This document shows, piece by piece, positions 1 to 11,700 of a stretch of DNA of 64,000 nt; the first letter of the stretch is position 1; each line of letters begins with the position of its first letter. This DNA is from an uncultured delta proteobacterium (GTDB lineage Bacteria; Desulfobacterota; Binatia; JACPRU01). Below the pieces are notes generated by a model. It searched no databases. It was not told where the DNA came from and saw only the letters and a program-made list of their open reading frames with translations. Location of the stretch: assembly GCA_963712515.1 (NCBI GenBank), contig CAVQIG010000017.1, forward strand, positions 79,958 to 143,957. Reading direction: 5' to 3'. The translations under genes and the position numbers were made by a program.

Positions 1-291
1 TCGGCGGTCAGATAGCACCGAGCCGTTGCCTCGTCACCCTTCACCTCGATCAAAGGGTTCGACACGCAGTGGCGCAAATGATCGACCGTCGAGCGGAAAT
101 CGCGGTCGTACGCCGCGTACCATTCGCGCACCGCCGCGCGGCCTTTGCAGGCCGGGCCTCCCGAGTAGACCGGGACGAGCGTAGCGGTCTCGTGAAACAA
201 GCTCGCCACCTGATCGGGGGTGCCGCTATCAACGAGGAAACAGTAGCGGTGAAGGAGCTGCTGAATGGCGACCACGTCTTCGGTCATGCTG
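1..291 (-). CDS. SnoaL-like / NTF2-like domain protein; start at 291, 3' end beyond window edge
   Basis: Minus-strand translation from ATG 291..289 reads MTEDVVAIQQLLHRYCFLVDSGTPDQVASLFHETATLVPVYSGGPACKGRAAVREWYAAYDRDF..., typical of SnoaL-like polyketide cyclase / NTF2 fold proteins. No stop before position 1. This frame is not in the supplied ORF track. Confidence 0.55.
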
Positions 292-456
292 TGTCCTCCT
301 CTTCTTCTTGCCGCGGTTGCCTCCGCCGCGCCAACGTTCCCGGCTAGCAGAGCGCGTCCGACGGAATCAAGGCGGCGGGCAACATCTTGACACGCGTCGA
401 AGAGTCGCATTAGCGACAGCTGTCGGAACACGATCTTCGAATCGAAGGAGAGCTTT

Positions 457-1569
457 CTGAGCACTGGAAAAGCCGCCGTCTTTCTCGGGCCTGGAAAACC
501 GTTCGACCTCCGCGACGTACCGCTGCCGGAGGTCGAGCCGGACGCTGTCCTGGTGCGCGTCTCGCTCGCCAACATCTGCGGCTCGGATCTCCACTTCTGG
601 AGAGGCGACGCGCCGCTTCGCCTGCCGGAGGACGGCTGGATCTTCGGGCACGAGATGACCGGTCGGGTCGCGAAGCTCGGCTCGCGGGTGAAGACCGACT
701 CGCTCGGCCGTCCGCTCAAGGAAGGCGACCGCGTCGCTTACACCTACTTCTATCCTTGCGGCCGCTGCTACGTGTGCCTCAACAACGAGCCAGCGAACTG
801 TCCCGCCAAGATCGAGCGGCCGCGCGGGCCGCGCGACTTCCCGCACTTCCACGGCGCGTTCGCCGAGTACTACTACCTGCGGCCGGGCGGGGCGATCTTC
901 CTCGTTCCCGACTCGCTCTCCGACGAGCTCGTCGCGCCGGTGAACTGCGCCCTCTGCCAGGTGATCTTCGGCCTTCGTCAAGCGGGTCTGCGCTTCGGCG
1001 GGAGCGTCGTCATCCAGGGGGCGGGCGGCCTCGGCCTGCAGGCCGCGGCGGTCGCCAAGGACATGGGCGCACAGACCGTCATCGTCATCGACCAGATCCC
1101 CGGCCGCCTGGCGCTTGCCCGCGAGTTCGGCGCCGACCACACCATCGATCTGCGCGAGATAGCGGAACGCAAGGATCGTGTGAACCTGGTGCGCAAGCTC
1201 ACCGGTGGCGTAGGCGCCGACGTCGCCTGCGATTTCGTCGGTTTCCCGCAAGTGATCCTCGAAGGGATCGAGTTCCTGCGCAGCGGGGGCACGTATCTCG
1301 AGATCGGCACGATCAGCCGCGGCGCCAAGATCGAGCTCGAGCCCGCGCAGCTCGTCTGGGGCGCGAAGCGAATCGTCGGCGTCATTCAATACGATCCGTG
1401 GGTGATCCCCCGAGCGCTCGAGTTTCTCGTCCGCAACCGCGGTCGCTGGCCCTTCGAGAAGCTGGTCTCGCACAAGTACCCCCTCGCCGAGATCGATCGC
1501 GCGTTCGCCGAGAGCGAATGGAAGACGCGCGACACGACGATGATCGCTCGAGCGGCGCTGGTTCCTTGA
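457..1569 (+). CDS. Zn-dependent alcohol dehydrogenase (MDR superfamily); proposed CTG start at 457, minimal GTG start at 553
   Basis: Motifs CGSDLH, GHE, the structural-zinc Cys cluster (CGRCYVCLNNEPANC) and the NAD-binding GAGGLG motif. In-frame MDR N-terminal homology (STGKAAVFLGPGKPFDLRDVPLPEVEPDAVLVRV) extends about 32 codons upstream of the first ATG/GTG. AAGGAG at 445..450 sits 6 nt before an in-frame CTG at 457. Confidence 0.8.
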   Translation: MSTGKAAVFLGPGKPFDLRDVPLPEVEPDAVLVRVSLANICGSDLHFWRGDAPLRLPEDGWIFGHEMTGRVAKLGSRVKTDSLGRPLKEGDRVAYTYFYPCGRCYVCLNNEPANCPAKIERPRGPRDFPHFHGAFAEYYYLRPGGAIFLVPDSLSDELVAPVNCALCQVIFGLRQAGLRFGGSVVIQGAGGLGLQAAAVAKDMGAQTVIVIDQIPGRLALAREFGADHTIDLREIAERKDRVNLVRKLTGGVGADVACDFVGFPQVILEGIEFLRSGGTYLEIGTISRGAKIELEPAQLVWGAKRIVGVIQYDPWVIPRALEFLVRNRGRWPFEKLVSHKYPLAEIDRAFAESEWKTRDTTMIARAALVP

Positions 1570-1617
1570 CGACGCGATCGACCTGGCGCTCGCGAAGCCG
1601 GCGAAGAGCGGCGTGAC

Positions 1618-2049
1618 CTACGACTTCGGCGGCTGCAGCAGGTCTCTGAAATCGGCGAGGCTATCTTGAAAGCGCTTCTGGATCACCTCCCAAGCCTGGG
1701 TCTGCGCCTTCGACGCCGTCTCGGCCAGCTCACGCATGCTGGCGAACGCATTGCTCAAAGCCTTCTCCGCGAGCTCGGCCCGCTTGGCAGCGTTCGAGCT
1801 TTCACGGTCCGTCGCTTCGGTCATCGCGGCTTGCCAATCGGTTGCCGCTTTCTGCAGGATCTCCATCTGCCGCTTGGCGAGCTCCTGCATGCCTTCGAAG
1901 GCAGCTTGATTCGCCTGCGTGAGCGCGTCGATGTTCTTGCGCTGCGCCTCCGCGATCTTGCCCACGTCGATGCCCGGCAGGGTGAACCGCTCGAGCATCT
2001 TGGCGAAGTCTGGAAACGGATTCGGAGTGGTGGAATCGGTCTCGGCCAT
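1618..2049 (-). CDS. Phasin family protein (PHA granule-associated)
   Basis: MAETDSTTPNPFPDFAKMLERFTLPGIDVGKIAEAQRKNIDALTQANQAAFEGMQELAKRQMEILQKAATDWQAAM... matches the phasin family. GGAGG lies 5 nt upstream of ATG 2049. The ORF-track start at 2310 is an over-extension. Confidence 0.8.
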   Translation of the reverse strand: MAETDSTTPNPFPDFAKMLERFTLPGIDVGKIAEAQRKNIDALTQANQAAFEGMQELAKRQMEILQKAATDWQAAMTEATDRESSNAAKRAELAEKALSNAFASMRELAETASKAQTQAWEVIQKRFQDSLADFRDLLQPPKS

Positions 2050-2288
2050 GGCGTACCTCCTTGTTTGAGCACCATACTCCCGCCACCGCTCACCGCCACC
2101 TGACATCTTCGTGTAGATCGCTATCTCGCCGTTCTGCAACCCCCCGCGGAGTTTTCCTCCTCGCTTCCGCTTTCCCCGCGGGACGGATATAGGGCAGCGG
2201 GTGGCGCAGCGTATGGACGGCGCCGGATTCCACTTCGGGGCGAGATCAAGGCGCTTTGCGCCAAAGACAGGTCCAAGGAGACGCATTG

Positions 2289-3116
2289 ATGGCTGATACC
2301 GGGAAGACATCGAAGGTCAGCGGCGACAAGGACAAGGGCAACGGAAAGCTGACGACGAAGAAGTACGACAAGCAGTTGGCCAAGCTGCACGTCGAGCTGG
2401 TCAAGCTGCAGGAGTGGGTCAAGGCGAAGGGGATCAAGATCTGCATCGTCTTCGAAGGCCGCGACGGCGCCGGCAAGGGCGGCACGATCAAGGCGATCAC
2501 CGAGCGCGTGAGCCCGCGCGTATTTCGCGTCATCGCGCTGCCCTCGCCGACCGAGCGCGAGAAGAGTCAGATGTACATTCAGCGCTATCTGCCGCATTTT
2601 CCGGCGGCCGGCGAAATCGTGATCTGGGACCGCAGTTGGTACAACCGCGCGGGCGTCGAGCGCGTCATGGGCTTTTGCCCCGAGGACGAGGTGAAGCGCT
2701 TCCTGGAACTGGTGCCGGTCTTCGAAAAGATCATGGTCGAAACCGGCATCATCCTGCTCAAGTACTGGCTGGAGGTGAGCATGGACGAGCAGACCCGCCG
2801 GCTCGAAGCGCGCATCGACGACGGGCGCAAGATCTGGAAGCTCTCGCCGATGGATCTGGAATCGTACAGCCGCTGGTACGACTATTCGCGGGCGCGCGAC
2901 GAGATGTTCAAGGCGACCGACACGGCGTGGGCGCCGTGGTACGTGGTGAATTCCGACGACAAGAAGCGCGCGCGCTTGAATCTCATCACCCATCTGCTGA
3001 GCAAGATTCCGTACAAGAAGGTGGCGCGCGACAAGGTGAAGTTGCCGGATCGGCGGAAGGCACACGGCTATCGGGAGACGGACTACCCGTTCAAGCTCAT
3101 CCCCGAGAAGTTTTGA
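2289..3116 (+). CDS. ppk2: Polyphosphate kinase 2 (PPK2 family polyphosphate:nucleotide phosphotransferase)
   Basis: Walker A FEGRDGAGKGG, SPTEREK, WDRSWYNRAGVERVMGF and lid motifs typical of PPK2. AGGAG lies 8 nt upstream of ATG 2289. Confidence 0.88.
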   Translation: MADTGKTSKVSGDKDKGNGKLTTKKYDKQLAKLHVELVKLQEWVKAKGIKICIVFEGRDGAGKGGTIKAITERVSPRVFRVIALPSPTEREKSQMYIQRYLPHFPAAGEIVIWDRSWYNRAGVERVMGFCPEDEVKRFLELVPVFEKIMVETGIILLKYWLEVSMDEQTRRLEARIDDGRKIWKLSPMDLESYSRWYDYSRARDEMFKATDTAWAPWYVVNSDDKKRARLNLITHLLSKIPYKKVARDKVKLPDRRKAHGYRETDYPFKLIPEKF

Positions 3117-3159
3117 GCATGCGGGCCGTTTGATCCTCGAAGCGACCGCCCGAGGCTCG

Positions 3160-3709
3160 ATGACAGCCGTCGAATCAGGGGGCGAATTCAGCCCGGTCGA
3201 CTTGCAGTTGCGAGACGGGCGGCGCGTGACGCTGCGCGCGATCCGCGCGCAAGACAAGGATAAGCTCCAGGAAGCCGTACGCGCCCTCTCCGTACAGTCG
3301 AGCTACTACCGCTTCTTCTCCGCTCTGCGCGAGCTATCCCCGCAACTGCTCGAGCGCGCGACGCGTCCCGAGCAGGAAAACGAGCTACAACTGGTCGCCG
3401 TCGTCGGCGAAGGATCGCAAGAGAAGATCATCGGCGGGGCGCGCTATGCCGCAGCCGCGGGGAGCAGCGGACTGCGAGTTTGCGGTCGCCGTAGTCGACC
3501 AATGGCACGGGCTCGGGCTCGCGCGGCAGCTGCTCGAGGCGCTGATGCGGACCGCCCGCGCGCGTGGGCTCGAGCGCATGGAAGGATACATCCTCGCAAC
3601 GAACACGCCCATGCTCGGCCTCGCGAAGCGGCTCGGCTTCGCCGAGATGGAGAGCCCCGAGGGCCCGACGGTTCGCATGGTTCGCCGCGATCTCCGCACG
3701 GTCGCCTGA
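3160..3709 (+). CDS. GNAT family N-acetyltransferase, disrupted by a frameshift near 3455-3470
   Basis: The N-terminal part (frame of 3160) and the C-terminal part (ORF 3446..3709, ...CEFAVAVVDQWHGLGLARQLLEALMRTARARGLERMEGYILATNTPMLGLAKRLGF) are in different frames. The junction is at a G-rich run (gcggggagcagcgg). Confidence 0.6.
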
Positions 3710-3750
3710 CCTGCTTCTTCAGCGCCCGACACGCGACGCGAGATAAAGCG

Positions 3751-5436
3751 ATGCCAAACGACCGCCGCGCGAGCTTCCCCATCCCCGCGCCCACCTGGAT
3801 CCGCGACTACAAAAGCGAGTGGATCAAGCTGGACGTCATCGCCGGTCTGACCGCCGCGGCGGTCGTGATTCCAAAGGCCATGGCGTACGCCACGATCGCC
3901 GGACTTCCCGTGCAGGTCGGGCTCTACACCGCGTTCCTGCCGATGGTGATCTACGCCTTGCTCGGGACTTCACGGCCGCTCAGCGTCAGCACGACTACGA
4001 CGATTGCGATTCTGACTGCGGCAGCGCTCGGCCAGGTAGCGCCGGACGGAGATCCCGCATCCCTCTTGACCGCTTCCGCGACACTAACGCTGTTGGTCGG
4101 CGCCCTCCTCGTGGTGGCGGCAATCCTGCGCCTCGGCTTCGTAGCGAACTTCATCTCCGAGCCGGTGCTGATCGGATTCAAGGCGGGGATCGGACTCGTC
4201 ATCGTCCTCGACCAAGTCCCGAAGCTGCTCGGCATCCATTTTGACAAAGGCTCCTTCTTTCACAACGTCCTGGCCATCGCTCAGGGTATTCCACATGCCT
4301 CGATGACCACCGTAGCGATGGCGGCCGTGATGCTGGGGATTCTGTTGGCGGTCGAGCGCTACCTTCCGCGAGCGCCAGCGCCGCTAGTCGCGGTGGCCAG
4401 CGGAATCGCCGCCATGAGCCTTTTCGATTTGCAGGCTCACGGAGTGAAGACCGTAGGCCACGTTCCAACCGGATTGCCGTCCCTCATCCTGCCGAACCTA
4501 GCACTAATCGGGCAACTCTGGCCGGCGGCCTTGGGCATTGCACTGATGAGCTTCACCGAAACAATCGCGGCCGGGCGCGCATTCGCGGAGAGCGGCGAGC
4601 CTACGCCTGCGGCGAACCGAGAACTGATCGCGACCGGTCTTGCGAACGCGGGCGGCGCATTTCTCGGCGCGATGCCGGCTGGCGGCGGGACCTCACAGAC
4701 CGCCGTGAACCGGCTGGCGGGGGCACGGACGCAGCTCGCGGGGCTCGTCGCGGCCGCAGCCGCGCTAGTGACGATGCTGCTGCTGGCTCCCTTCATGGGG
4801 CTGATGCCGGAAGCTACCCTCGCAGCGGTCGTCATCGTGTATTCGATCGGCCTGATCAAGCCGGCGGAGTTCGCGACGATCCTCGAGGTGCGGCGAACGG
4901 AGTTCGTGTGGGCCCTGGCCGCGCTGGCCGGCGTGGTGCTGCTCGGGACCCTGCAGGGGATCCTCGTCGCGATCGTGGTCTCGCTCTTCGCCCTCGCCTA
5001 CCAGGTGGCCGACCCGCCAGTCCGCGTGCTCGGGCGCAAGCCGGGCACGAACGTATTCCGACCGCGTTCCGAGGAGCACCCCGAGGACGAGACCTTCCCC
5101 GGGTTACTGATGCTCCGGCCGGAGGGGAGGATCTTCTTCGCGAATGTGGAGCGGGTCGGAGAGAAGATGAGGCCGTTGATCGCCGAGGCGAAGCCGAAGG
5201 TCGTGGCCCTCCACCTCCGCGGCGTGTTCGACCTGGAATACACGGCCCTCAAGATGTTGACGGAAGCCGAGAAGAGATACCGCGAGCGCGGTGTCTTTCT
5301 GTGGCTCGTCGGCCTCAACCCCGGAGTGCTGGCGATGGTCCAGCGTTCGCCACTCGGCGAAACCCTGGGCCGCGAGAGGATGTTCTTCAATCTGGAACAG
5401 GCCGTCGCCAAGTATCAGGCGAGCTACGGGCGGTAG
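3751..5436 (+). CDS. SulP family sulfate/anion permease with C-terminal STAS domain
   Basis: N-terminus MPNDRRASFPIPAPTWIRDYKSEWIKLDVIAGLTAAAVVIPKAMAYATIAGLPVQVGLYTAF, multiple TM segments and a C-terminal STAS-like segment (RIFFANVERVGEKM...LHLRGVFDLEYTALKML). The ORF-track 3130..5436 ORF is a read-through of the GNAT frame into this gene. Confidence 0.85.
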   Translation: MPNDRRASFPIPAPTWIRDYKSEWIKLDVIAGLTAAAVVIPKAMAYATIAGLPVQVGLYTAFLPMVIYALLGTSRPLSVSTTTTIAILTAAALGQVAPDGDPASLLTASATLTLLVGALLVVAAILRLGFVANFISEPVLIGFKAGIGLVIVLDQVPKLLGIHFDKGSFFHNVLAIAQGIPHASMTTVAMAAVMLGILLAVERYLPRAPAPLVAVASGIAAMSLFDLQAHGVKTVGHVPTGLPSLILPNLALIGQLWPAALGIALMSFTETIAAGRAFAESGEPTPAANRELIATGLANAGGAFLGAMPAGGGTSQTAVNRLAGARTQLAGLVAAAAALVTMLLLAPFMGLMPEATLAAVVIVYSIGLIKPAEFATILEVRRTEFVWALAALAGVVLLGTLQGILVAIVVSLFALAYQVADPPVRVLGRKPGTNVFRPRSEEHPEDETFPGLLMLRPEGRIFFANVERVGEKMRPLIAEAKPKVVALHLRGVFDLEYTALKMLTEAEKRYRERGVFLWLVGLNPGVLAMVQRSPLGETLGRERMFFNLEQAVAKYQASYGR

Positions 5437-8400
5437 TCGAGGATCACCTCTCGGGCCATGGAGCGCAGAGTGACCCGCTGCGGATCAGTTGCGGCTTGTT
5501 GGCGCCCGTCGATCACGACGCGACGTATGGGTTGCGCCAACGGCGACTCCACCACGATGCCCGCGCCCGGGCACCGCAAGGCTCCGCCCAGCGTGACCCG
5601 CACACGGTCTTCGCCCTCGGCGCAGATCGTGTAGTCGAGCGACCCCGCGTGGGTCGGCAATGCACGGACACGCACGCCCGGCGGCTCCCGCACCCACGCC
5701 GCAGGCACGCCTGCGGCCAGGACGAGCGCCCCGTCGTCGGCGCGTTCGTACGCAACCATGCGCCGCACGCTACGAACGAAGCTCGACGCGATCCATCCGT
5801 GCGGCAAGTCACCGAGGAAACGCGGAGCGCGCGGGTCGCGTGTCGACACCTCCGGCCACTGGCGCCAGGCGGTCGGGCGCTGATCGTCGATCAACCACTG
5901 AAGGAGCTCGACGGCTCGGCTCTTCTGTCCGAGCAGGACGAGGGCGGGGGCGTTGCGGACCTCGTAAGCGGTGTAGGCATCCGCCGTGGTCTCGCCTCGG
6001 CGGCGGCATTCGAATTCCTCCCAGTAGCGCTCGAAGGTTCGAGCCAGCACCGCCGGCGGCAGGCGCGCTCCCTCGCCGCCCGGGTCGAGCGCGATCGCGC
6101 TCGACGTCGGATCGAAGTCGCCGAGCTCGACCGAGCCGGGAAGAAAATCGATCCCGTGGTCGGCGATCGTGCGCAAGATGGAAGCGTGCAGGTCGCCGCG
6201 CATCGCGTCCCGCAGCGCCCCGATGCGCTGGCTCGCCACGGTGTCGCCGACCACGGCGGCCGCGTATGCCGCGTCCCCGAGGCCGCGCACAGCGAAGAAG
6301 TCGTCCCAGTACGAGTGGACGGGGCGCGAAGAGTATCCTTCATGGCTGATCGACTCGGGGAGCAAACCGAAGCAGGCCTGGCCGCGGAACCGGTCCAAGG
6401 TGCGCTCTGCTCGCAGCGCCGCGATCGCGTCCACGGCACGCATCACATGAGGCCAGAGCTCGAGAAGAAACGCGCGGTCGTCGGTCAGGCGGAAGACCTC
6501 CACGATGCCCCAGATGAGCTGCCCGTGGCTGTCATGTTCGGCGACCGGATCGATTCCATTGCGGTCGACGGCGCAGGGCACGCGCCCATCGTCGAGCTGG
6601 TACGGCGCGTACCAACGCAGAAAAGCGCGGGCCTCATCAGCAAAGCCCATCTCCGTCAGCGCCGTCCCGGTGAGTGTGCCGTCGCGAATCCAGGAACGCC
6701 GGTAGCAGCGCGGCCCCGGCTGGATGCGCGGCCCTTCGCGGTTCACCAGGATCCAGGCGAGCGATGCGCGGAGGCTCGCGGAGAACGGCTCGGCGCAAGG
6801 TGGCAGCTCGATCGGAACGCGAGCGAGTCGTGCGCGCCAGTGAGCAACGGTTTCGGCCAAGGCGAGCGTCCGCCCACTCCGTAGCGTCCGCGCGGGCGAT
6901 GCCCGAGACGGGTTCGGGCGCTGCGTCATTCAGCGGCACGGCGACGACGATCGACTCGCGAGCGCCGGTGGCGAGCTCCATGTCGTAGGCCAGCACGCCT
7001 TCCGCGAAGCCGACCGGATCGTCGACCCGCTCTCGCGCCGGAATGCGCCCCGTGAGCAGCTCGCGCAAACCGTCCTCCGATCGCGCCGCGCCGAAGGCGT
7101 CGGGTGATGAGACGGTAAACACCGTCCGCGCGTCGTTCACCCGCACCCGGTCGCCGCTCCGCTCGATGGTCACCACCGGCGCGACGCCGCCCACGAGGTT
7201 CAAGCTTTGCCACGCGGGATTCACTTGAAAAGGGCGGACCGCGAGGAACAACCGTACTCGGCGCGACGCGGTACCCGTATTCTCGACCTCGTAGCGGCCC
7301 ACCAGGGTGCTGCGCCCGGGAGCCCCGACGGCGAGGGCCGTGATGCGTAGCCGCAGAGTCTCAGCCTCCCACTCGACCGACGGCATCGGTAGGTAGCCGT
7401 CCGCGAGGCCGACGCGCCGTTCGACGTCCGCCCAGGTCACGAGACGCCCGTCGATCCAGAGAAAAGGCTCGATCGAGAACGATTCGGCGTCGACCTCGAG
7501 CGCACCGTCCTCGCTCAGAAGTCCCTTGTGCTCGTCGCCGTCGGCGCCGACTAGCGCCCAGTAGGCCTGCTCGTTCAGTAGATGGCGCGGGAAGAGACCG
7601 CGCCGCTCCTTGCAAGCGACGGCGGCGATGTAGCGCGCCGGTGACACCGCCAGCTCGAGCGGGACGACGCTAACCTTCACGACCGCCGGGACCGCGCCGG
7701 TTGAGAACTCGATCCGCGCGAAGCGTCCCTCTCCGTCCGACGTTCGCAACCACCGCCGACTGCCGGTACCGCCGACCTCCTGGGCGACGAGCGTCCAGCG
7801 AACACCGTCGTCCGAAGCGAGCAGGCGGCTGGCCGCGGTCGCGGCTGAGCCGGCGAAATCGACCACGACACCGCCCCACTCGCACGAGCGCCCGAGGTCG
7901 AGCTGGATCCACGCACACGTATCGGTAGGATCCGGGCGCCAGTACGGACTCGTCGTCATCGAGCACGCGCTCGGGCTCGTGGCCGGCAAGGCAGCTCGAA
8001 GCGCTGACGGCCTGTATCCGCGGCGACGCCGCCTCGGCATCACGTGGCTCGATGCGCAATTCTTCGATCCACACCGCCCCCGGACCGCCCTGACCCGCCG
8101 CGAACGCGATCTCGACGGCTCCGATGCGCTCGGGGTCGCCGCCGCTCGCCGGTCCCCACGCGAACTCCAGGCTGGCCTTGCGCAGCACGAAGCGCTCTAC
8201 GTCGTGCGGGAACGCGAAGGCGGGCCGCCGCCACCACCAGACGTTGGCGCCGCTCGGGTCGACCAGCTTGAACTGAAGCTGGTTGGCCGGGGCATCGCCA
8301 TGCAACCGGAGGACGACGATGTAGTGCTTCGGAAGAACGGCAGCACACTCGCGCCGCGCAATCGCCCAGCTCGTGGGGCCAACGAGGTTGAAATCGATTC

Positions 8401-8524
8401 GCAGCTGAGCGCCGCGCGGACCGGGCTCGACGGACAGCGCCGCACTAGATCCGTCCGCAGCGGTCGACGTCCACCGACTGAGCTCCCTCCTTTCACCGCT
8501 CCAGAGCACGAGATCGTCACGCAT
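5424..8524 (-). CDS. Large glycoside hydrolase: N-terminal beta-sandwich plus F5/8 type C (discoidin) domains and a C-terminal GH15-like (alpha/alpha)6 barrel; two frameshifts (~7930 and ~6700-6900)
   Basis: Three overlapping minus ORFs (7670..8524, 6637..8043, 5424..6929) read as one protein. A discoidin-like motif is split across frames (ERVLDDDES / YWRPDPTDTCAWIQLDLG). The C-terminal part carries CYRRSWIRDGTLT, matching the Y-x-x-x-W-x-RD motif of glucoamylase-type six-hairpin glycosidases. A GAAGGGG SD-like run precedes ATG 8524. Confidence 0.55.
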
Positions 8525-8742
8525 GGGCGTTGTATCCCCTTCCCCCTGCCTGGCTTGGCCGATGATCGTCCCGCGCTCTCACGTCGTCTCGAGCGACGCG
8601 TGCCCGTCTAGTGGACGACGCAAAGCCGATATGTCGGCATTCTACCGTGAGCACGAACGCTTCGTCTTGATCCTCAAAACCTATCTGCCTATACGCGAAC
8701 GTCCGGGCCCGCTGTTCGGTTGCCACCTGGTGCATCAGGAAC

Positions 8743-11700
8743 GTGGAGAATGATGCGATGACGGTTCAGGCTTTTCCAGCCCGTTTCGAGAGCCCGTCGG
8801 GCCTGAGGGCAGAGGTGAACGCGAACGGTTCGATCCGTCGGATCGACCATCGCGACATCATGCTCAACCTGTTCCTGGGTAGCGAGATCGAAGGCGGTCC
8901 GACGAACATCTATCTTCGCCGCCACGGCGCCTCGATCGAGTCAGTCCCGCTTCTCGGACCCCGTGGCCCCGCAGCCGTCTTTGTCGACGAGAACGGGCTC
9001 ACGGTTCGCGGAGACTGGAACGACATCGGCTTCACTCTCTCCCTGGCACTGGCGCAATCCGTACCCGCCTGGCGGTGGCACGGCACATTGGAGAACAAGG
9101 GTGGCGCTCCCGTCGTAGTGGATCTCATTTACGCACAAGACCTGGCTCTCGCGCACTACGGCGCGGTGCGTATGAACGAGTATTACGTGAGTCAGTATGT
9201 CGATTACACTCCTCTCACGCACGCGCGCTGCGGTCACGTGCTGGCCGTGCGCCAGAACCTCTCGATGGGTGGCCGCAACCCCTGGGTGGTGATCGGCTCG
9301 CTCCGCAGCGCTGTCAGCTTTGCGACTGACGCGCTGCAGTTGCACGGCCTCGCGACCCGCGCCGGCAAAGTCCCCGACGGTCTGCGGGCGCCCATGTTGG
9401 AAGGGAAGCGCCGTCAACACGAGCACTCGATGGCTGTCTTCCAGGATGCGCAATTGCGGCTCGAGCCGAGCGCGTCGGCGGCCTACGGCTTCTTCGGTTG
9501 GTTCGAGGAGCACCACGAAGCCGCGTCGTCGCCTGCCGACCTGACGTTCGTCGAGCGCGCACTGGCTCTGCCGCAAGCGAGCCCAGCCGAGCGCCGCGTA
9601 GAGATCGATGGCGGATCGGCCACGCTCTTCAGCGCACGTCCGATCTTGAAGAGCATCGACCTAACCGAGGCGGATGTGAGCGAGCTGTTCGGCAAGAAAT
9701 TGCGCAACGTGGAGAGCAACGTAGAGAGCGAGGACCGCCGTACGTTGTCATTCTTCACCGGCGCGCATCGACACGTGGTGCTCAAAGCGAAGGAGCTCCA
9801 GGTTCTGCGCCCGCACGGACACATCATTCGCAGCGGCGATCGACTCGTTCCGGAAGAGGCATCGCTCACCTCGACCACCTGGATGAACGGAGTCGTCAAT
9901 TCGCTGGTCACGCAGGGACACGTCAACATCAATCGTTTTCTGTCGACGACGCGCAGCTACTTGGGTCTGCAGCGGTCCGCCGGGCAGCGGATCTTCGTCG
10001 AGTTGCCGGACGGCTACCACCTGCTGGATGTGCCCTCCGCATACGAGATGACGCCCAACGGCTGTCGCTGGGTGTACAAGCACGAGGGCGGCTTGATCGA
10101 GGTGCGGTCCTGGGCGCCGATCGATCGCCACGAGTTGATCCTCTCGGTCGAGATTGCGGCCGGTCCGGCCTGTCGCTTCCTCGTGTCGCACCACGTCGCC
10201 CTCAACGGCGACGACGGAGCCGACGCATTGCCGCCGCAGTTCGTCCGCGACCGGGACGGCGTCGTCATCCGACCGGTCGGCGACGGCGATGTCGCCCGTC
10301 GCTTCCCCGAAGGCTTTTTCCGCATCGATGCCGGCCGCGGCACGACGTTCGAGCGGGTGGGTGGTGACGAGGAGCTGTTCCTCGACGGGAAATCACGTCG
10401 GCAACCATTCGTCACCATCGTCATCGCGAAGACCCGGAAGGCATCCCTGCGCATCACCGGTCATCTCGTCCCCGGAGGCAACGGTGGCTCTGCTGCGAAG
10501 AGGCCGACCGCCTGGCCAGCCGATCGCAGGAAGGCGGATCAATTCTGGCGGGGAATGATCGGGCCGCTGACATTGCACGCGCGTCGCGGCGACGCCGCGA
10601 GAGAATGCCACCGCCTGCAGGAGATCCTTCCCTGGCTCGCGCACAACGCCATGATTCACTACCTGGCGCCGCGCGGATTGGAGCAGTACTCGGGCGGCGG
10701 ATGGGGCACGCGGGACGTGTGCCAAGGGCCGGTCGAGATGCTGCTCGCGCTCGGAAAGTGGCAGCCGCTACGGGACCTGCTGCTGCGCGTGTTCAAGGTG
10801 CAGAACAGTGACGGCGACTGGCCGCAATGGTTCATGTTCTTCGAGCGCGAGCGCGGCATCCGGCCAACGGACTCGCACGGCGATATCGTCTTCTGGCCGT
10901 TACTGGCGCTGGCGCAGTATCTCATTGCTTCCGAAGAGCCGTCGGTGCTCGATGCGATCGTCCCGTTCTTTCATCCTGAAGGCGACGAGCGCGCCGAGAA
11001 GGCCACGATCTGGGGACACGTCGAGCGCGCCCTGAAGGTGATCGGGCAGCGCGTGATCCCTGGCACGAGCCTGGCCGCGTATGGCCACGGAGACTGGAAC
11101 GACTCGCTCCAGCCCTTGGATCCGGCAATGTCCGAGCGCCTGTGCAGCGCGTGGACGGTCGCCTTGCACCACCACACGTTGACGACGCTGGCGAAGGCCT
11201 TGCGGCACGTCGGTCGCGGCGTCCCGGCCGAGACGCTCGAGGCGTACGCCCGAAGCGTGAAGGAAGATTTTCACCGCGTGCTGATCGTAGACGGGACCAT
11301 TCCCGGCTACGCCTACTTCGAGAAGGACGGGAGGATCGAGCTACTGCTTCACCCGCGCGACGGAGCCACCGGCATCACGTACAGCTTGCTGCCGATGATC
11401 CACGCCATCATCGACGATCTGCTCACACCCGCACAAGCCGCGGCGCACGTAGCCTGCATCAAAGAGCAACTGCTGGGTGTCGATGGCGCACGTTTGTTCG
11501 ACCGACCCTTCGCATACCACGGCGGGCCGCAGCGCTACTTCCAGCGTGCGGAGAGCAGCACGTTCTTCGGGCGCGAGATCGGGATCATGTACATGCACGC
11601 GCACCTGCGCTTCGCGGAGGCCATGGCGCGCTACGGCGACGCCGACGCCTTTCTGCTCGCGCTGCGGCAAGCAAATCCGATCACCATCCGATCAGTGGTT

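Noticed and set aside
367-1473. 368-aa minus ORF antisense to the alcohol dehydrogenase
   Set aside because: Antisense high-GC open frame with no motifs; the sense strand encodes a clear MDR enzyme.
2414-3133. 239-aa ORF overlapping ppk2 in another frame
   Set aside because: Arg/Gly-rich high-GC alternative-frame artefact. PPK2 motifs are in the 2289..3116 frame.
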